Part shown: piece after piece, positions 58,848-64,000 of the stretch | How the letters are laid out: each line of letters begins with the position of its first letter | Numbering within the stretch: position 1 is the stretch's first letter | NCBI GenBank assembly: GCA_034414555.1 | Contig: DAOUMA010000008.1 | Coordinates: 11,039 to 75,038 of the forward strand | Direction of reading: 5' to 3' | From: Dehalococcoidia bacterium | Lineage (GTDB): Bacteria > Chloroflexota > Dehalococcoidia > GIF9 > AB-539-J10 | DNA length: 64,000 nt | Notes under the pieces: generated by a model | Told to the model about the DNA's origin: nothing | The model's input: the letters and a program-made list of their open reading frames with translations, nothing else | Databases searched by the model: none | Made by a program: the position numbers and the translations under genes

Positions 58848-59988
58848 CCGGTACCCCCTCCCTGGCAGCAACCATCTCCTTCGGTTGGAGTGGCCTACCG
58901 AGTCTTCCCACGATAGGCTCGCCTCCCATTGGAATCCATGCCTTATCCAGGTCAGGACAAATCAGACGAATAGCCGACTCCTCAGACGAAAGATATAGCA
59001 TGTCGCCCTTTATCCCAGCAGTAAGCGGGCGCAGTCTGATGCGGTCGGTAAGCCCGATCATCTCGCCACGATGGGCAATAATTACTGTGAACGGTCCATT
59101 TAAGAGCAAGCTGCTATATACCTGACGAAGGGTTCGTAATAGCTTCTGCTCCTCAAGAGGTCGGCGCTCAATATCAGTCCAGAAGGGTGGCGCTAGGATA
59201 TGAGCTACAATCTCGATAGGAAGCCCGTGCTTCCGCATTAGTAGGTCAATAGCGTAAGCCACTACTTCAGTGTCGGTCTGCATAGTGCAGTAGTAGCCGA
59301 ACTGCTCCAGGTAACGCTGATTTATTCCGTAGGACGAAATCTCGCCGTTGTGAACTACGGTCCAGTCTAGAATGCAAAATGGGTGAGCTCCACCCCACCA
59401 CCCGGGAGTATTGGTTGGGAATCTGCCATGAGCTGTCCACAGGTAACCTTCATAATGCTCCAGGCAGAAGTAGTCAGCTATCTCCTCAGGATAGCCCACA
59501 CCTTTGAACACACCCATATCCTTGCCACTGGAAAAGACAAAGGCATCTTCAAGCTTGGTATTCACCTCCATCACCCTGTCCACCACATAGTCGTCCGCTG
59601 ATTGCTCTGCAGGCTTATGCTGACCTATCTCAAGAAAGTAGCGCCATATTAGTGGCGGCTTCACAATCCTTGGCGTCGGTCGCGTTGGTACCTCTTCGTC
59701 ATAAACAAGGTCGAACTTGTCCTTAAGGAATGCCTCGGTCTCCCGTTGTCCCTCTCGGCTGAGATACATTATGTGGAAGGCGTAGAGGTCAGCATATTTG
59801 GGGTACAATCCGTAGATGGCAAATCCTCCACCCAAGCCATTGCCGCGAACATGCATATTGGCAATAGCCCTAATGACACCTTCCCCGGGGAACCTTCTTC
59901 CCGAGGTATCCATTACTCCAAATAGGGAGCAGGCATTTATCATCTTATCGTCATTGTAAGGGTTATTTGTTCGGTTAATCTCTTTCAT
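58837..59988 (-). CDS. gltB1: Class II glutamine amidotransferase subunit (archaeal-type GltB domain 1)
   Basis: CSLFGV nucleophile Cys follows a short propeptide ([20 protein letters not shown]). Ntn-type GATase body. Confidence 0.65.
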   Translation of the reverse strand: MKEINRTNNPYNDDKMINACSLFGVMDTSGRRFPGEGVIRAIANMHVRGNGLGGGFAIYGLYPKYADLYAFHIMYLSREGQRETEAFLKDKFDLVYDEEVPTRPTPRIVKPPLIWRYFLEIGQHKPAEQSADDYVVDRVMEVNTKLEDAFVFSSGKDMGVFKGVGYPEEIADYFCLEHYEGYLWTAHGRFPTNTPGWWGGAHPFCILDWTVVHNGEISSYGINQRYLEQFGYYCTMQTDTEVVAYAIDLLMRKHGLPIEIVAHILAPPFWTDIERRPLEEQKLLRTLRQVYSSLLLNGPFTVIIAHRGEMIGLTDRIRLRPLTAGIKGDMLYLSSEESAIRLICPDLDKAWIPMGGEPIVGRLGRPLQPKEMVAAREGVPDVN

Positions 59989-60010
59989 CTTGTATCTCCT
60001 GGAACAAAAT

Positions 60011-61360
60011 CTACTCTCCTAAGACCAATTCCTCGGGCTCCTCACGGAGGATTGTCGGAGAAAGAAAACCCGAGGTTGGCATTCCTAACCGCGCTCGCCA
60101 CATTTCTTCGGGCAGAGAGGCCATACTAAAATCTTCAGCAACCAGGGCTTGCTTGAAACGTTCAACCTCTACCCGGTCTTTCATCAAACTGAAGACGACG
60201 CCCGATTTCTCAATGTCACCAGCAAAGACCATGCCAACTACGAGTCCGTCTTTCAGCACGACCTTCTTATACATATGGTCATACCTATTGCTGATTACCT
60301 CATAACTGTCATCAGGCGGGTTGACCATTCCGGCAGAGGCAACAGCTAGGCCGAAGTATTTCAGCGAATTCATCGCCGTGCCACCGGAATATTCGGTGGG
60401 CACGCCAGCCATATTGAATCCAGCGACTCTTCCTCCTATATAAGCGTTAGGCCAGATAGGGGTCAGCCGATTCTCGCCATAAATAAAGTCATAAGCTTCA
60501 GCCACATCTCCGCAGGCGAAAACTTCGGGGTTAGATGTAGCCATGCGGCGGTCAACGACAATGCCGCGATTGACTTTTATCCCGGTACCAATCGCAAGGT
60601 CAAGGCGCGGCCGGACGCCGATAGCCACTATTATCAGTTCACAGGGTATAGGCCGGGTGTCATCGAGGTTGACACCGGTGGCTTCGCCGGGTAAATAGCT
60701 GCCGATCTTGCCTACTGTATGTCCAGTTATTATTTTAACGCCAGCCTCCGTTAGAATTTTCTCCTCTAGAGTCGATCCCTCTTCATCAAGAATAGTGTTC
60801 AAAATCCGTTCTTTCATCTCGACAATGGTAGCTTCAATCCCTCGTTTTACGAGTGCTTCGGTCACACCCACGCCAATTAATCCGCCGCCAATGACAATAG
60901 CCCGCACCTTTATCCCGTAGTGACTCAGAAACTCGTCGATCGCCTTAGCGTCGTCGAGTTTAGTAAAGGTAAAGACTCCTTTCAACCCGATACCCTCTAT
61001 CTCGGGAACAATAGGTAAGCCGCCGGTAGCTAGTAGTAGCCTTTCCCATCTGATTTTCTCTCCCGACTCTAGCTCAACAATATGCTTATCAATATCAAGG
61101 TGCTGTGCCTTCTTATCCAGGAAAGTGCGGATATTGTTCTTCTCATAGAAGTCAGCCGGTCGAAATAGCATCTTCTCCAAAGGACATCTGTTGGCTAGGT
61201 ACTCTGAGATAAGCGGCCGTGAATAGGCAGGGTAGGGTTCGTCGGAGATTATGGTGATTTCTCCTGCTTTATCCATCTCACGTATGGCTTCAGCAGCCGC
61301 AATGCCCCCGGCTGAGTTACCAATAATCAGGTATTTTGATTTCACTACACTCTTTGCCAT
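60011..61360 (-). CDS. FAD-dependent pyridine nucleotide-disulfide oxidoreductase (NADH oxidase / ferredoxin reductase-like)
   Basis: N-terminal YLIIGNSAGGIAAAEAIRE FAD-binding GxGxxG. Second Rossmann motif (AIVIGGGLIGVGVTEAL). Confidence 0.7.
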   Translation of the reverse strand: MAKSVVKSKYLIIGNSAGGIAAAEAIREMDKAGEITIISDEPYPAYSRPLISEYLANRCPLEKMLFRPADFYEKNNIRTFLDKKAQHLDIDKHIVELESGEKIRWERLLLATGGLPIVPEIEGIGLKGVFTFTKLDDAKAIDEFLSHYGIKVRAIVIGGGLIGVGVTEALVKRGIEATIVEMKERILNTILDEEGSTLEEKILTEAGVKIITGHTVGKIGSYLPGEATGVNLDDTRPIPCELIIVAIGVRPRLDLAIGTGIKVNRGIVVDRRMATSNPEVFACGDVAEAYDFIYGENRLTPIWPNAYIGGRVAGFNMAGVPTEYSGGTAMNSLKYFGLAVASAGMVNPPDDSYEVISNRYDHMYKKVVLKDGLVVGMVFAGDIEKSGVVFSLMKDRVEVERFKQALVAEDFSMASLPEEMWRARLGMPTSGFLSPTILREEPEELVLGE

Positions 61361-61388
61361 TCTGTCTATACCCTATCCCTTTGTAGTT

Positions 61389-62003
61389 TTAACTTCGCTC
61401 CATAACGAGTTTTATGAAATTGCCGTACATTCTTAGGCCAAGTTCCCCGCTCTTTTCCGGGTGAAACTGGGTTGCTATCACATTGCCCCTCGCTATCACA
61501 CTGCATAATCGAATGCCATATTCGGTCTCACCGGCTACTAGCGATTTATCATCTGGCTCGACATAATAGCTGTGGACGAAGTAGAAGTTCGCTTCGTCCG
61601 GTATGCCATCAAATATCGGGTGCGAGCCTATCTGCTTTACCTGATTCCACCCCATGTGAGGGATTTTCAGCCCTGCAGGAAGCTTTCTTACTTGCCCGGG
61701 AATGACCCCAAGACACTCGTGCCAGCCGCCTTCCTCAGTGCCACCAAATAGAATCTGTAAGCCGATACAAACGCCCAAGAAGGGGCGACCATCACCAATA
61801 AACTGACGAATCGGGGCGACCATACCCAGTATCTCAAGATTTTTCATTGTTTCACCTGCAGCACCAACGCCGGGCAGAACAACCGCTTGGGCATTAAGCA
61901 AATCTCTCGGGCGGCTCGTTACCTTTGGCTGGCAGCCTAGCCTCGTGAGAGCATTAGCCACACTGCGCAGATTGCCCGCACCATAGTCAATTATTGCGAT
62001 CAT
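61389..62003 (-). CDS. hisH: Imidazole glycerol phosphate synthase glutaminase subunit
   Basis: MIAIIDYGAGNLRSV ... GVCIGLQIL catalytic Cys ... FHPEKS. Confidence 0.85.
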   Translation of the reverse strand: MIAIIDYGAGNLRSVANALTRLGCQPKVTSRPRDLLNAQAVVLPGVGAAGETMKNLEILGMVAPIRQFIGDGRPFLGVCIGLQILFGGTEEGGWHECLGVIPGQVRKLPAGLKIPHMGWNQVKQIGSHPIFDGIPDEANFYFVHSYYVEPDDKSLVAGETEYGIRLCSVIARGNVIATQFHPEKSGELGLRMYGNFIKLVMERS

Positions 62004-62293
62004 TTCGCCTCAACCCTGCTCGCTTCTGGTTCCAACGGAGAACTTACTGCCGACCCCTCAGGAAGCTCGTCAAACTCTTCAGGCGTGTACTCACGCATTT
62101 CCCCGCTGGCTGAAGCCGCCTCATCTACCCGTTCCACCGTGAGCTTGAATGGCACCGGGCCCATGAAACTACAGCTTTTAGCCTGTACTGCATCCCGTAT
62201 TATGTTGGCCATCCGTTCGGCTTCCACCCTGGGGAAACAGTGGCTAACGGCAGGCGGAACCTCCAGTGTCACTACAAACAGTCGCCTTTCCAT
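62000..62293 (-). CDS. Hypothetical acidic small protein
   Basis: 97 aa with an acidic C-terminal tail. Translationally coupled (4-nt overlap) to hisH. No family recognised. Confidence 0.3.
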   Translation of the reverse strand: MERRLFVVTLEVPPAVSHCFPRVEAERMANIIRDAVQAKSCSFMGPVPFKLTVERVDEAASASGEMREYTPEEFDELPEGSAVSSPLEPEASRVEAK

Positions 62294-62320
62294 GTTTCTA
62301 CCTCCTTCCCTGAGCTGATT

Positions 62321-62791
62321 TTAATTAATTGTCGCATGATTAACGGTGTCATCTTGGGCCTCTGCGTATACCAGTGCCTCGTTAGGGCAGTTCGTGACGC
62401 ATACTGGCATGTCCCTTCCTTCGCATAAGTCGCATTTAACAATCTTTCCCCGGTCTGTTTCCTGCCTTATAGCACCAAATGGACAAGCTAATATGCAGGT
62501 CCAGCAGCCGATGCACTTGTCCATATCCACACGGACGATGCCGCTGTCAGGGTCCCTCCAGAGGGCTCCAGTAAGGCATGCATACACGCAGACAGGGTCA
62601 GCACAATGGCGACATTGCACCGGAAAGCAAACAGGCTTCCTCTCTTCGACCCACAAAGATGGTAATGGTTCGGGCGATTCCCTCTTGAACGCCTTCACCA
62701 AGTCCTTCGATCGCGAGTGAGCCGCCTGACAATATACCTCACAGAGGTGACAGCCGATGCAAACCTGTTCGTTAATGTAAATCTTCTTCAT
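62321..62791 (-). CDS. 4Fe-4S ferredoxin-type multi-cluster protein
   Basis: CIGCHLCEVYC, CRHCADPVCVYAC, CIGCWTCILACP and CDLCEGRDMPVCVTNCP are multiple CxxCxxCxxxC(P) motifs. Confidence 0.7.
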   Translation of the reverse strand: MKKIYINEQVCIGCHLCEVYCQAAHSRSKDLVKAFKRESPEPLPSLWVEERKPVCFPVQCRHCADPVCVYACLTGALWRDPDSGIVRVDMDKCIGCWTCILACPFGAIRQETDRGKIVKCDLCEGRDMPVCVTNCPNEALVYAEAQDDTVNHATIN

Positions 62792-63079
62792 CTATTAAAA
62801 CCCTTCATTAGCGGTAGGCGGCAACCGTCTACCGTTTACCATCTTACCACAGTATATTTACTATGTCAATAGAATAGCCTATCCCCAGAAATTTCGCAAT
62901 TTTCCCGGCAAAAGTTGTTAACTTGGGGCTCCCTCTAGTTTGGCCGATATCGAATGGGTTACCCGTCACCGCATAGAAGACAGTTTCCTAGCACTTCGTG
63001 CAACAGTTGATTGTTTCGTTACCTGATTGCCCGAAAATAGCGGATTGTTCAATTTGGCAAATACGCTATAATTAGACCT

Positions 63080-63739
63080 GTGAGCTACATTGCATCCTGG
63101 AGTGGCGGTAAAGACAGTTGTTTCGCCGTGCATGAGGCAATGGATAAAGGATACGAGATTTCTCACCTGGTGAACTTCATTTCCCGGGAGTTCCATAGAG
63201 TAAGTTTTCATGGCACAGAAGCCAGGCTGATTCAACTGCAAAGTCAAGCTGTGGGAATCCCTCTTCTACAGAGGGAGACTACCTGGGATGGGTATGAGCA
63301 GGAGTTCAAGGAGGCAGTGCGAAGTCTAATTCCTGGCGGTGTAGAGGGGATGGTTTTCGGGGACATATATCTTCAAGAGCACAAGGACTGGGTAGAAAGG
63401 GTTTGCGGTGATTTGGGTATTCAGGCGATTGAGCCACTCTGGGGTAAGAGTACGGAAGAGATATTGTCTAGCTTTATCGATGACGGGTTTGAAGCAGTTA
63501 TCGTCAGTGCTAAATCTGCTCTAATCGATGAATGTTGGATTGGTGGACGAGTAGATAAGGCATTCATGGAGTACTTAAAGAAGAGAGGCATTGACATCTG
63601 CGGTGAAAACGGTGAATATCACACTCTGGTGACCGGCGGTCCTATCTTTAATAGACGAATACAACTGATTGAGAGCAGGACTATCAGCCGGGATAATTAC
63701 TGGTTCCTGGATACCACCAGGTATGAGCTTAGTTGTTGA
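63080..63739 (+). CDS. Dph6/MJ0570-like PP-loop ATP pyrophosphatase family protein
   Basis: SWSGGKDS PP-loop at the N-terminus and a COG2102-like body. Confidence 0.6.
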   Translation: MSYIASWSGGKDSCFAVHEAMDKGYEISHLVNFISREFHRVSFHGTEARLIQLQSQAVGIPLLQRETTWDGYEQEFKEAVRSLIPGGVEGMVFGDIYLQEHKDWVERVCGDLGIQAIEPLWGKSTEEILSSFIDDGFEAVIVSAKSALIDECWIGGRVDKAFMEYLKKRGIDICGENGEYHTLVTGGPIFNRRIQLIESRTISRDNYWFLDTTRYELSC

Positions 63740-63829
63740 GTTGAGTAACAATTGGGCGATTTGTTTAGTCTAATTGTTTTCTATATTGAGGGCGATTTAA
63801 AACTGTCCCCCTTACCAAATTTTCCTGTG

Positions 63830-64000
63830 CTATGTTTTTACGGCTTTGAACTCTCCACACCACGACTTTTCAAAGGTGTAAGTTTCATCTGCCATTTCTG
63901 TAACCTTTAGAGTACGGAAACCAGCTTTTTCATGCCAGGCGATGAAATCTGCTTTCTTCGGAACCAAGTGTATGCTCGGTGGGACACTATGGCCACTCCA
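63830..64000 (-). CDS. Partial CDS (C-terminus only), GNAT acetyltransferase-like
   Basis: The minus-strand reading frame runs off the window end: ..HSVPPSIHLVPKKADFIAWHEKAGFRTLKVTEMADETYTFEKSW... The HEKAGF motif resembles GNAT motif B. Confidence 0.25.
   Translation of the reverse strand, partial: WSGHSVPPSIHLVPKKADFIAWHEKAGFRTLKVTEMADETYTFEKSWCGEFKAVKT

Overview
This 64-kb window is a Chloroflexota (Dehalococcoidia-like) chromosome segment that spans the replication origin: gyrB, nadD, dnaA and fmt, with DnaA-box clusters on both sides of dnaA. Gene density is high and GC is about 50%, except for a low-GC islet at about 10.5-13.6 kb.

Housekeeping content, left to right:
- a glycogen/sugar block (GH15 glucoamylase-like, GlgX debranching enzyme, ROK glucokinase, apgM, galU);
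- a four-gene minus-strand operon of oxidoreductase and TPP enzymes;
- ftsK, RNase J, family-4 UDG, a PAC2-like gene, tldD/pmbA and folC;
- a split MaoC-hotdog/FabG trio, pyrF, dinB, ilvE, a lexA-rpsT-rel operon and hisS;
- the origin block, then an FmdB zinc-ribbon pair plus an extended thiE, translin-like, C_GCAxxG_C_C and DUF169 genes;
- a nitrogen supercluster: nrpR-glnA-glnB-amtB, an orphan OmpR-type regulator, then asnB, a three-gene archaeal-type glutamate synthase (gltB3, gltB2, gltB1) with hisF and hisH interleaved, a FAD oxidoreductase and a ferredoxin.

The most unusual part is the low-GC islet. It begins at a tRNA 3'-end-like fragment and carries a BrnT/BrnA toxin-antitoxin pair whose antitoxin has an extra C-terminal region. 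It also holds a 324-aa HNH/zinc-ribbon nuclease with a large uncharacterised C-terminal domain, a DUF3096 micro-protein and start-less fragments of a membrane-protein gene. This looks like a decayed, horizontally acquired defence or addiction locus, and I rank it as the best candidate for an undescribed system.

Other points worth a second look:
- a dispersed ~35-100-nt palindromic repeat (GTCATTGCGAGC...CTCGCAATGAC) in three copies, one of them in-frame inside the thiE N-terminal region;
- three tandem G/C-rich hairpins just upstream of the dinB promoter region; dinB itself is apparently transcribed leaderless;
- a radical SAM protein with a non-canonical Cx4Cx2C motif;
- a 47-codon IS-type transposase N-terminal remnant.

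No CRISPR array, rRNA gene or intact tRNA gene was found.
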